Source: Desulfobacterales bacterium
GTDB taxonomy: Bacteria > Desulfobacterota > Desulfobacteria > Desulfobacterales > UBA5852
Direction: 5' to 3'
Assembly (NCBI GenBank): GCA_963674755.2
Contig: CAXXVS010000003.1
Coordinates: forward strand, 576,001-640,000
DNA length: 64,000 nucleotides
Shown here: positions 1-8,604 of the stretch, in pieces
Layout: every line of letters begins with the position of its first letter
Numbering within the stretch: position 1 is the stretch's first letter
The notes under the pieces: generated by a model
Databases searched by the model: none
What the model saw: the letters and a program-made list of their open reading frames with translations, nothing else
What the model was told of the DNA's origin: nothing
Translations under genes and position numbers: made by a program

Positions 1-524
1 GCATAGTCGATGATCCGGGTGCGGATGAAATCCTTCACCTCCAGATCGTCATCCTCCGGCGTCACCGTATGGGGCTGGCGGAGCAGATAGACCGTCATGG
101 GGACCGCCGTGGCGAGAATGAACAGCCAGGCGACCGTGAAATCGCGCAGATTCACTGTGCTGAACACGATCAGGAGGGCGAAAACACTTATAACGATACC
201 GATGTGCAGGAGGTAGGACCTCTGCCCGCTGAACGTCCGCACCCCGATTTGCTCCCGGTGCAGGTCGGCCAGGCGGGTGCATACGCTGTCCAGCAGTTCC
301 GCAAAATGACGGGTGGCGTAGAACAGGGGAATCACGGCGGTAGAATCCTTGATCACGATATCGACCTTTTGGCCGGGGACATCCTTCAGATAGCTGATCG
401 CGTCCCAGCGCACCGCGGCGGATTCCCGCCCCGGCGGGCGATAGATCAAACCGGTGGCATCCAGCTCATAGGTGTGGACCGGGTGCTGTTCCGGCTGAAA
501 AAAGTAGATCTCCAATTCGGGCAT
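1..524 (-). CDS. Hypothetical membrane protein, partial (runs off left edge)
   Basis: Hand translation from ATG 524: MPELEIYFFQPEQHPVHTYELDATGLIY... stays open to the window edge and has two hydrophobic segments (YLLHIGIVISVFALLIVF; AWLFILATAVPMTVYLL). Missing from the ORF track because there is no stop in the window. Confidence 0.7.
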   Translation of the reverse strand, partial: MPELEIYFFQPEQHPVHTYELDATGLIYRPPGRESAAVRWDAISYLKDVPGQKVDIVIKDSTAVIPLFYATRHFAELLDSVCTRLADLHREQIGVRTFSGQRSYLLHIGIVISVFALLIVFSTVNLRDFTVAWLFILATAVPMTVYLLRQPHTVTPEDDDLEVKDFIRTRIIDY

Positions 525-676
525 GGTGTGCGGTGGCTTGTCGTTTGCGTGCCGATGGGGTCATACCGGTTTCAGATAAGGCCGGCTTCCGTCCAATACC
601 TCATCCGGGATTGGGCATAGCGGTTGAAGCGATGTTCGTCAACCGGCATTCGCTCCAGCGTGAACGCCACGCATTG

Positions 677-1234
677 CTATTCCAGATAGGCGGCGTTGTC
701 CGCCAGGTTGTTGGGCAGGCCCAGGGCATCTAAAATTTGGCTGACTTGACCCCGGTGGTGGGTCTGGTGCAGAAACAAGAATTCGAAGGCCCGGCCGGCC
801 CGGGCGGACCGCGGCGTGCCCACCGAATCAAGGTATTGAAACGATTCGTTGTAGCGGGCCGGGGGAAACGCATCGAACCAAGACCGGATTAGGGCGTCCA
901 CCTGGCAGCGATGTTCCCGCAAGCCCCGGAAATCATCGTGGAGGTCCCGGTCCCACGACAGATTGGGCGGATCCAGGGCGGGGTCGTTCAGCACAGGGGC
1001 GTCGGGTTCGAGGGTGCGGTAGCGCCGGAGCCAGTTGATGTCGCAGATGATGATGTGGTTCAGGATGCCGTGCAGAGACCCGAACCACGACCCCATGTCG
1101 CGCCGGCGGGCGCGACCGGTCAAATGTGACAGGCTTTCAAACAGCTCCTGATTGGCCCGTTCGTTGTAGCAGGCCAGATTTTGAAAGGTGTTTTGAGCCG
1201 TGTATAACGTTTCGGACCTGGGCTCACCATGCAT
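677..1234 (-). CDS. DinB/YfiT family protein
   Basis: YNERAN, GSLHGILNHI and HQTHHRGQ motifs of the DinB His triad; AAGGAGG RBS upstream. Confidence 0.85.
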   Translation of the reverse strand: MHGEPRSETLYTAQNTFQNLACYNERANQELFESLSHLTGRARRRDMGSWFGSLHGILNHIIICDINWLRRYRTLEPDAPVLNDPALDPPNLSWDRDLHDDFRGLREHRCQVDALIRSWFDAFPPARYNESFQYLDSVGTPRSARAGRAFEFLFLHQTHHRGQVSQILDALGLPNNLADNAAYLE

Positions 1235-1251
1235 TGCTTTGGCCTCCTTGC

Positions 1252-1593
1252 TCAGTCTTCGGCTTCCACGATCGGGGCGTCGACGGTATCATAGATCGCC
1301 GTGTGGCAGTCGACTTCAAACCATTCGTGAAACATTTTCTTGGTGCGCTTTTTCGGCCAGAGGGTTTCATCCGAATACCAGTCTTCCATTTCGTTGACTA
1401 AAAGGGTTTGGTAGTTCAGCGCAATCCATTCATCCAGGTTTTCGCCATCCTCTTCGCTGATGAGGTAAACGGTGCAGTCGTCATTGGCTTCCGCTAGCGT
1501 AAGGCCGGGATCTTCTTTATGGGGATCGGCTTTATTGAGCCATTCGACGAAGGGTTCTTTGTATTTCAGTATTACAGCAGCCCGATTGATCAT
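1252..1593 (-). CDS. Small acidic hypothetical protein
   Basis: Clean 113-aa ORF with AGGAG RBS, co-oriented with neighbours. Confidence 0.7.
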   Translation of the reverse strand: MINRAAVILKYKEPFVEWLNKADPHKEDPGLTLAEANDDCTVYLISEEDGENLDEWIALNYQTLLVNEMEDWYSDETLWPKKRTKKMFHEWFEVDCHTAIYDTVDAPIVEAED

Positions 1594-1731
1594 GCCTTTT
1601 TTCCTCTCCTTTTAAAGGATATAGGGTTTTCTACAATAAAAGGCCGTCTCGGCCTGGCTGTCAGGGATGGTATGATCTGGTTCCCAAGCGGACGGCATCG
1701 TGCCCTATACCATAAAAGGGCGGTGTCGTAT

Positions 1732-2760
1732 CTATGAAACCGTCAACACCTTGGCGCCGTGGACTTGGCGGTTGCACAGTTCCATCAGAGCCTGGTTGGC
1801 CTCTTCCAGGGAGAATTCCTGGACCGCGGGCCGGATGCCCATTTCGGCAGCCAGGGAGAGAAATTCCGCGACGTCCTGCCGGCTGATGTTGGCCACGCTT
1901 TTGATTTCCCTTTCCATCCACAGATGCTTGCCATAATCCAGCTTTAGAAGTTCTTCCTTGTCATTGTCCTCCTTGCGGATGGCGTTGATGACCAGCCGGC
2001 CGCCCGGGGCCAGGTGGCCCAGGGCCGCCACCACGGGTTTCCAAGCGGGGGTGGTGTCGATGATGGCATTCAAAGGTTCGGGGGGCTGCTTTTCGGTGCC
2101 GCCGGCCCAGACGGCGCCCAATTCCCTGGCAAAGGCCTGTTGGTTTGCACTGCGGGCGAAGACATAAACGCGGGCCTGGGGGTAGCGGTGCCGTATCATC
2201 TTCAGGACGAGGTGCCCGGAGGCGCCGAAGCCGGTCAGGCCAATGGCTTGGTTGTCCTTTAGATCGGTCAGCCGCAGGGAACGGTAGCCCACCGCACCGG
2301 CGCACAGCAGGGGCGCGGCTTCGGCATCGGTGAAGATGGCCGGGATGGGGTGGGCGAAGCCTTCGGGGACGGTTATGTACTGGGCGTAGCCGCCGTGGGC
2401 ATCCCGGCCCGTTGCCTTGAAACCCGGACAGAGATTCTCGTTGCCCGAGCGGCAGTAGGGGCAGTCGCCGCAGGCCGAGAAGATCCAGGCAATGCCGACC
2501 CGATCGCCGGTTTGGAAACGTTGCGCGCCGGGTCCCTGGCCGATTACCCGCCCCACCACCTGGTGGCCGGGTACGACGGGAAGCCGGGGCGGTGGGGTGC
2601 GACCTTCGATTTCGTCCAATTCGGTGTGGCAGACCCCGCAGACGGCTACCTTGATCAGGATCTCGCCTGCCGCCGGAACCGGTTCGGGCATGTCGGTCAA
2701 TTCCAGAGGCTTCTGGTTTTCGTCAAGACGGCACAGCTGGTTCAAGACCATGGCTTTCAT
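1732..2760 (-). CDS. Zinc-dependent alcohol dehydrogenase (MDR family)
   Basis: GVCHTE catalytic Zn motif, PGHQVVG, structural CGDCPYC..GNENLC, GFGASG; likely start MKAMVL at 2760. Confidence 0.9.
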   Translation of the reverse strand: MKAMVLNQLCRLDENQKPLELTDMPEPVPAAGEILIKVAVCGVCHTELDEIEGRTPPPRLPVVPGHQVVGRVIGQGPGAQRFQTGDRVGIAWIFSACGDCPYCRSGNENLCPGFKATGRDAHGGYAQYITVPEGFAHPIPAIFTDAEAAPLLCAGAVGYRSLRLTDLKDNQAIGLTGFGASGHLVLKMIRHRYPQARVYVFARSANQQAFARELGAVWAGGTEKQPPEPLNAIIDTTPAWKPVVAALGHLAPGGRLVINAIRKEDNDKEELLKLDYGKHLWMEREIKSVANISRQDVAEFLSLAAEMGIRPAVQEFSLEEANQALMELCNRQVHGAKVLTVS

Positions 2761-2831
2761 CTTCCAAGACCTTTCGTTGTGGGCCGTTGGCGGCAACCCG
2801 GGCCGGGTGCCGTCGCTTCAAGGTGCGGGCG

Positions 2832-4181
2832 TTAGCTTTCCGACAGCGCCTGGAGCTTGCGGTAGAGCGTTTTGCGTCCGATGCCCAGAATTTCCGCCGC
2901 ACGGGTCCGGCTGCCCCCGACGTATTGCAGTACCGCCAGGATGTGCTGGCGTTCCATTTCCTTAAGGGGCAGAAAGGGTTGGTCAATGTCAACCGATATT
3001 CCCCCGCCGGTCAATTCCAATGGCAGGGCGCGTTCCGTGATCAGGTCGCCCTCGGAGAGGATGAGGCCCCGTTCGAGAACGTTCTGCAATTCCCGCACGT
3101 TGCCGGGCCAGTCATAGGCCATGAGGCACTGCATGGCCCGGTCCGAGATGCGCACTTTGCGTTCGCCGGGTGCGAGGCGCCCGGTAAAGGACTCGATCAG
3201 GGCCGGGATGTCCTCCCTGCGGTTGCGCAGGGGGGGCAGGGCGATATTGAACACGTTGAGCCGGTGATACATGGCTTCGCTGAACCGTCCCGCCTCCACT
3301 TCCTGGTGAAGATCACGGTTGGTGGCGAAGATAAACCGCACATCCACCTTCTGTTCGTTTTTCTCTCCCACCCGGCGAAAGGTCTGGTTCTCGATCACCC
3401 GCAGCAGCGCGCTTTGGACCTCGACGGGCAGCTCCCCGATCTCGTCCAGGAACAGGGTTCCCTTGTGGGCGAAGGAAAGGAGCCCTTCGTAGGACTCGCT
3501 GGCCCCGGTGAAAGCCCCCTTGCGGTATCCGAATAGCTCGCTGCGCAGGAGGTCTTTCTGGAAGGTCCCGCAGTTTTTGACCATCAGGGGCCGTGCGCTG
3601 CGGTCGCTCAATTCATGGATAAGCTGGGCCACCACGTTCTTGCCGGTGCCGCTTTCCCCCGTCAGGAGAACCGGGACACGGGCGGGCGCTACCTTGCGGA
3701 TCAGGAAGCGTACGTTCTCCAAGGCTTCCGACTGCCCCACCAGCTTCGGGTAGCCCTGCGCCGCTTGGGAATGGCGCAGCAGGCGATTTTCCCGCTGCAG
3801 GCAGGTCCGCTGAAAGGCTTTTTCCATGACCAGGGCCAGCCGGTCCAGGTCAAACGGTTTGGTGATGTAATCGTAGGCCCCCATCTTCATAGCCCGCACG
3901 GCGTTGTCCACGTCGCCGAAACCGGTGATGATGATAACCTGCACTTCGGGGGCCAGCTCCTGGAAATCGGTGAGCAGATCCAGCCCGCTGCCGTCGGGCA
4001 GCCGCATATCGAGAAGGGCCAGATCGAAGGTCTCCTGCTTGAACAGCGTCCGGGCGTCACGGACAGTGCCGGCGGTGGTGATGCGTCGCCGTTCATTGCC
4101 GAACTCCTTTTCCACGAGACGGCGGATATTGGGTTCGTCATCCACTACGAGGACCTGCATTTTTTCCAGAGCAGGGGTCAT
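2832..4181 (-). CDS. Sigma-54-dependent response regulator (NtrC family)
   Basis: REC domain (VVDDE, LLDMRLP), GESGTGK, intact GAFTGA, FLDEIG, WPGNVREL, Fis-type HTH. Confidence 0.95.
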   Translation of the reverse strand: MTPALEKMQVLVVDDEPNIRRLVEKEFGNERRRITTAGTVRDARTLFKQETFDLALLDMRLPDGSGLDLLTDFQELAPEVQVIIITGFGDVDNAVRAMKMGAYDYITKPFDLDRLALVMEKAFQRTCLQRENRLLRHSQAAQGYPKLVGQSEALENVRFLIRKVAPARVPVLLTGESGTGKNVVAQLIHELSDRSARPLMVKNCGTFQKDLLRSELFGYRKGAFTGASESYEGLLSFAHKGTLFLDEIGELPVEVQSALLRVIENQTFRRVGEKNEQKVDVRFIFATNRDLHQEVEAGRFSEAMYHRLNVFNIALPPLRNRREDIPALIESFTGRLAPGERKVRISDRAMQCLMAYDWPGNVRELQNVLERGLILSEGDLITERALPLELTGGGISVDIDQPFLPLKEMERQHILAVLQYVGGSRTRAAEILGIGRKTLYRKLQALSES

Positions 4182-5386
4182 GACGACGTCGCCTCCTCGG
4201 CCGCCGGTAGGCGCACCGTGAACCGGGAGCCTTTCCCGGGGGCGCTGTCCACATGGATCTCACCCCTATGGGCTTGGATGATGTGGTAGCAGGTGGAAAG
4301 CCCGATGCCGATGCCCTGGCCGACCGGTTTGGTCGTAAAGAACGGCTCGAAGAGCTTGGGCAGGTGGTCCAGCGGAATGCCGCAGCCGTCGTCCGCCACT
4401 TCCACCACGACGCCCCCTTTGCGACGCCCGCGGGTACGGATCGTGATGCGACCATCCGGTGCAACGGCATCGAGGGCGTTTAGCACCAGATTGAGTATCA
4501 CCTGCTCGAGCTCGGCGGCGTTGCCTTTGATCGTCGGCAGATCAGGGGTCAGATGCAAGTCGACGAGCTCATCCGGGTATGGTTTGAGTTTGTGATGGAG
4601 GAGGCGCAGAACGTTGCGGATCAGGGGATTCAGGCGTATCGGGCTCAGCTCGCTGTCCTTGCGGGGACTAAAGGTCAGGAGGCTTTGAACAATGCCGCTG
4701 CAGCGTTGGCATTCCTTGCGAATGATGTCGAGGTATTCCTCGAAGTCGTCGCGCAAAGGGTCGTCGTTCAATCTTTCGGCCAACTTCGCCATGCGGCGCT
4801 GAAGTCCTTCGGCGAAACCCTGGATGGATGTGAGGGGATTGTTGATCTCGTGAGCCACGCCGGCGGCCAGCAGGCCGATGGTGGCCATCTTTTCGGCGTG
4901 ATAGTATTTGGCCTGGAATTCTTTTTCCAGGGTGACATCCCGTTTGACAACCAGGATGTCGGTGGGCTGTCCTGCAGCGTTGCGCAGCGGCGAAGCCGTG
5001 AGGGCAAAGTGGCGGTTGCGGCCGTTGACGCTGAAGATGGCGTTCTGCCCGCAGACCTGGTTGGCGGCCAGGGCTTCCGGCAAGGGACACTCCGTGCAGG
5101 GTTCGGAACGGCCGCGGAAGATCGTGTAGCAGTAACCTCCCACCGGCGATCGCTCCTGATAGAGCTCGAAAAAGCTGTGGTTGACCGAGCGGATGCGGTA
5201 GTCGGGGGCGATGACCGCGACGATGTCGGTGATGCCGTCGAGGATCGCCTGGACATGGCGCCGTTCGCGCCGCAGTTCACGGTTGGACTCGCGCAGTTCG
5301 CCCATTTTGACCTGGACTTCCTTGAAAAAGCCCAGCTTGGTGTGGCCCAAACCAATGAGATCTTCGATGCTCGGTTTCGGTTTCAT
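4178..5386 (-). CDS. Cytoplasmic PAS sensor histidine kinase
   Basis: AHEINNPL H-box, NLVLNA, DDGCGI, FFTTK, GIGIGL; no TM segments; ATGA overlap with the regulator. Confidence 0.93.
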   Translation of the reverse strand: MKPKPSIEDLIGLGHTKLGFFKEVQVKMGELRESNRELRRERRHVQAILDGITDIVAVIAPDYRIRSVNHSFFELYQERSPVGGYCYTIFRGRSEPCTECPLPEALAANQVCGQNAIFSVNGRNRHFALTASPLRNAAGQPTDILVVKRDVTLEKEFQAKYYHAEKMATIGLLAAGVAHEINNPLTSIQGFAEGLQRRMAKLAERLNDDPLRDDFEEYLDIIRKECQRCSGIVQSLLTFSPRKDSELSPIRLNPLIRNVLRLLHHKLKPYPDELVDLHLTPDLPTIKGNAAELEQVILNLVLNALDAVAPDGRITIRTRGRRKGGVVVEVADDGCGIPLDHLPKLFEPFFTTKPVGQGIGIGLSTCYHIIQAHRGEIHVDSAPGKGSRFTVRLPAAEEATSS

Positions 5387-5387
5387 A

Positions 5388-6530
5388 TCACCAGCACGTT
5401 TGGCAGAGGTCGACCATGTCTTCTACCGTGGCCTCCCGGGGGTTGGTCAACAGGCAGGCATCCTGAGCCGCCATTTCACAGATCTGGGGCAGCACGGCCG
5501 GATCGCCCACGATCTCCCGCAGCCGGGTGGAAACACCCAAATCCGCAAAGAAGGCTTCTAAGCGCCCAATGCCGGCCTGGGCCGTGGCTTCGGCGCTGCC
5601 GGCGCGTTGTCCCAGGACGATTTCGCCGATATCGGCCATCTTGTCCACGCATAGCGGCAGATTGAAGCGCATGACGGCCGGCAGCAGGATCGGGTGAATG
5701 AGGCCGTGGGCCAGGTCCAGCTTGCCGCCCAGGGAGTGGGCCAGGGCATGGTCCAACCCCAGACTGGCATTGCTGAAGGCCATGGCCGCGCATGTGCAGG
5801 CGCTGGATAAATTATCCAATGCCGTCATGCGATGCCCCCCGAGGGCCAAGGGAAGATATTTCATGATCAGGTCGATGGCCTTGAGAGACTGGTTCTCCGT
5901 CAGCGTGGAGGCGATGCTGGAGACGTAGGATTCTACGGCATGGGACAGGGCGTCGATGGCTGAAGCGACGATGAGGTCTTCGGTTTTGGTGGTCAGCAGT
6001 TCGGGGTCGATGATGGATATGTTGGGCACCAGGGTCCGGCTGATGATTGACATCTTCACCTGGCGCTGCATGTCGGTGATAATGGCGAACTGGGAAATGT
6101 CGGCCCCGCTCCCGGCAGTGGACGGCATGAAGACCATGGGCGGGAGCGGGCGCTGGATGCGATTGGCGCCTTCGTAATCCTGGACCGTGCCGCCGTTGCT
6201 GGCCACCATGGCAATGCCTTTGGCGGCATCCATGGGGCTGCCGCCGCCAATGGCCATGACCACGTCACAGTCGGCCTCCTGATAACAGCGCACCCCCTCC
6301 TTGACCTGCTGATCCCGGGGGTTGGCGCTGATCTTGTTGAAATAGATCCACTCGAGCCGTTCGGCCTTCAGTATGGACTGGAGCCGCTCGACCCACCCGG
6401 CCTTCTCGAGCCCCTCATCGCTTACCAGAAAAACGCGTTCCGCCCCCAGGCGCTTGGCGCACAACGCCGAATACTTCAAACTGCCCGGACCGAACAGAAT
6501 TTCCGGAACCGAAAATTTTTTTACGTCCAT
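5388..6530 (-). CDS. Iron-containing alcohol dehydrogenase-like protein, probably regulatory (ErcA-like)
   Basis: GGGSPMD, DALSHAVE, HALAH, AHG motifs; start MDVKKF at 6530 with AGGAG RBS; first gene of an ADH-HK-RR operon. Confidence 0.85.
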   Translation of the reverse strand: MDVKKFSVPEILFGPGSLKYSALCAKRLGAERVFLVSDEGLEKAGWVERLQSILKAERLEWIYFNKISANPRDQQVKEGVRCYQEADCDVVMAIGGGSPMDAAKGIAMVASNGGTVQDYEGANRIQRPLPPMVFMPSTAGSGADISQFAIITDMQRQVKMSIISRTLVPNISIIDPELLTTKTEDLIVASAIDALSHAVESYVSSIASTLTENQSLKAIDLIMKYLPLALGGHRMTALDNLSSACTCAAMAFSNASLGLDHALAHSLGGKLDLAHGLIHPILLPAVMRFNLPLCVDKMADIGEIVLGQRAGSAEATAQAGIGRLEAFFADLGVSTRLREIVGDPAVLPQICEMAAQDACLLTNPREATVEDMVDLCQTCW

Positions 6531-6622
6531 GGTCTGGCCCTCCTGGCATGTTTGTCTGCGAAGGGCGTGCCAGGGCACACGTCCAAAAACGCCGGGAATA
6601 AAGGCGGAGGCAGCCAAGATAT

Positions 6623-6670
6623 GGGTCAAAACGACCCGAAAACCTCCTGGCCGGCGGGTCAACCTGCCCC
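6623..6670. promoter_or_regulatory. Two candidate enhancer (UAS) sites, GGGTC-N5-G(A/C)CCC
   Basis: GGGTCAAAACGACCC (6623-6637) and GGGTCAACCTGCCCC (6656-6670), 33 bp apart and ~150-190 bp upstream of a sigma-54 promoter. Confidence 0.5.
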
Positions 6671-6816
6671 GCCGGCCAGGAGGTGGCAAGGCCCCCGTTT
6701 TGTTGAAAACTTATCCGCCATCATTCATTTATAAAAATTACGATAACTGATTTAGATTCAATTTTCAAAGGGATATCAGCTTCAGCGCATTGCCGGTCAT
6801 GGACAGAAACGCACTC

Positions 6817-6832
6817 TGGCCCGCTATTTGCC
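6817..6832 (+). promoter_or_regulatory. Sigma-54 (-24/-12) promoter of adh
   Basis: TGGCCC-GCTAT-TTGCC versus consensus TGGCAC-N5-TTGC; AT-rich tract (~6700-6770) upstream. Confidence 0.75.
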
Positions 6833-6887
6833 ATGCGTCAGGCGTAAGGTTTCAATCCTTCACACCAATTTGCCAAAGGAGAAAGCC

Positions 6888-8054
6888 ATGACCGTTCAAG
6901 AGCAAGTATTCGGGTTTTTCATTCCCACCGTGACCCTCATGGGGATTGGGTCCCACAAAGAAATCGGCAACCAGATCAAGGTGCTGGGCGGCAAGAAGCC
7001 CTTCATCTGTACGGACAAAGGCATCACAGGCGCCGGAATTGCGGATCAGGTCACTGCGGTCATCAAGGAAGATTGCGGCGTGAAACCGGTCATCTACGAC
7101 GGCACGCATCCCAACCCCACCGACAAGAACGTCCACGAGGGCTACGAGCTCTACAAGTCCAAAAAATGCGATCTGATCATCTCCCTGGGCGGCGGCAGCT
7201 CCCACGATTGCGGCAAGGGGATCGGCATCCTGGCCACCAACGGCGGCAACATCCGCGACTATGAGGGCGTTGACCAATCCCAAAAAGCCATGCCGCCGTT
7301 TATTGCCGTCAACACAACTGCCGGCACGGCTAGCGAAATGACCCGCTTTTGCATCATCACGGACACCAGCCGCAAGGTCAAGATGGCCATCGTGGACTGG
7401 CGCGTCACCCCCAATGTGGCCATCGACGATCCGTTGCTGATGGTGGGCATGCCGCCGGCCCTGACGGCGGCCACCGGCATGGACGCCCTCACCCATGCCG
7501 TCGAGGCCTATGTGTCCACCATTGCCACGCCGGTCACGGACGCCTGCGCTCTCAAAGCCATCGAACTCGTGGCGAGCTATCTCAGGGCCGCCGTAGCCAA
7601 CGGCAGCGACATGGAAGCCCGGGACAAGATGTGCTACGCCCAGTACCTGGCCGGGATGGCCTTCAACAATGCCAGCCTCGGCCATGTGCACGCCATGGCT
7701 CACCAGTTGGGGGGCTTCTACGATCTGCCCCACGGGGTCTGTAACGCCATCCTGCTGCCCCACGTGAGCCGCTTCAACCTCATCGCCAAGATGGACCGTT
7801 TCGCCGATATTGCGGTGGCCATGGGCGAAAACATTGAAGGGTTGTCCATCCGGGCGGCTGCCGACGTGGCCCTGGATGCCATCCAGACCCTTTCCGTGGA
7901 CGTGGGCATCCCATCCGGGTTGAAGGAACTGGGTGTCAAGGAAAAGGACCTCAAGACCATGGCCGAAAACGCCCAGAAGGATGCCTGCGGGCTCACCAAC
8001 CCGCGCTGCCCCACTCTGGAGGACGTGATCGGAATTTATAAGAACGCCCTGTAA
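6888..8054 (+). CDS. adh: Iron-containing alcohol dehydrogenase (catalytic)
   Basis: GGGSSHD, NTTAGTASE, DALTHAVE, HAMAHQLGG, PHGVCNA; AAGGAG RBS before ATG 6888. Confidence 0.92.
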   Translation: MTVQEQVFGFFIPTVTLMGIGSHKEIGNQIKVLGGKKPFICTDKGITGAGIADQVTAVIKEDCGVKPVIYDGTHPNPTDKNVHEGYELYKSKKCDLIISLGGGSSHDCGKGIGILATNGGNIRDYEGVDQSQKAMPPFIAVNTTAGTASEMTRFCIITDTSRKVKMAIVDWRVTPNVAIDDPLLMVGMPPALTAATGMDALTHAVEAYVSTIATPVTDACALKAIELVASYLRAAVANGSDMEARDKMCYAQYLAGMAFNNASLGHVHAMAHQLGGFYDLPHGVCNAILLPHVSRFNLIAKMDRFADIAVAMGENIEGLSIRAAADVALDAIQTLSVDVGIPSGLKELGVKEKDLKTMAENAQKDACGLTNPRCPTLEDVIGIYKNAL

Positions 8055-8160
8055 AGCGCTTATCGATAAAATCGCGTACCCATCGAACACGGCTGTTGCG
8101 GGACCGCTGGTTTGGCGGGCCCGGACAGCCGTCACCGATCATTCCGGATGGCGGGAAACG

Positions 8161-8445
8161 ATGTCAAAGCGATCCAGAGTCGAATCGACGAAGATCATCC
8201 TTTATGCCTTGCAGACCTGCAGCCATTGCAAGGATTTAAAGAGGTGGCTTGCGGAGCGTGGACTGCCGTTTCAAACGGTTAATGTCGACATGCTGGCGGG
8301 CGCCGAACGCAACGATACCCTGCGGCATCTCCGGCGTATCAATCCCCGCATGTCGTTTCCGACCCTCGTGGTGGGGGATACCACCATTGTGGGTTTCAAG
8401 GAGGAGGATATCCGGACGGCGCTGGCAATATTCGAATCCGAATAA
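8161..8445 (+). CDS. Glutaredoxin-like protein
   Basis: TCSHC redox motif, SFPT cis-Pro motif, IVGF. Confidence 0.85.
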   Translation: MSKRSRVESTKIILYALQTCSHCKDLKRWLAERGLPFQTVNVDMLAGAERNDTLRHLRRINPRMSFPTLVVGDTTIVGFKEEDIRTALAIFESE

Positions 8446-8604
8446 GGCTTTTTTCAATTGACCCGATCCGATGCCGCCATATGGGGGCGGGCGGCAACCT
8501 GCTCTCCAGCGCGCTGTCCGTGAGCACAACCTCGGCAGATCCTCGCAATGGGGACCTGGGAACCGGTCGCCATAGGCGGCGATGCGGTACGTCGCCCACA
8601 AGGT

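Noticed and set aside
5388..6689. Extended N-termini in the ORF track (6689, 6828, 25779, 26362, 37920, 42172, 48241, 60354)
   Set aside because: Downstream ATGs with RBSs or family-typical N-termini fit better; the extensions overlap promoters or neighbouring genes
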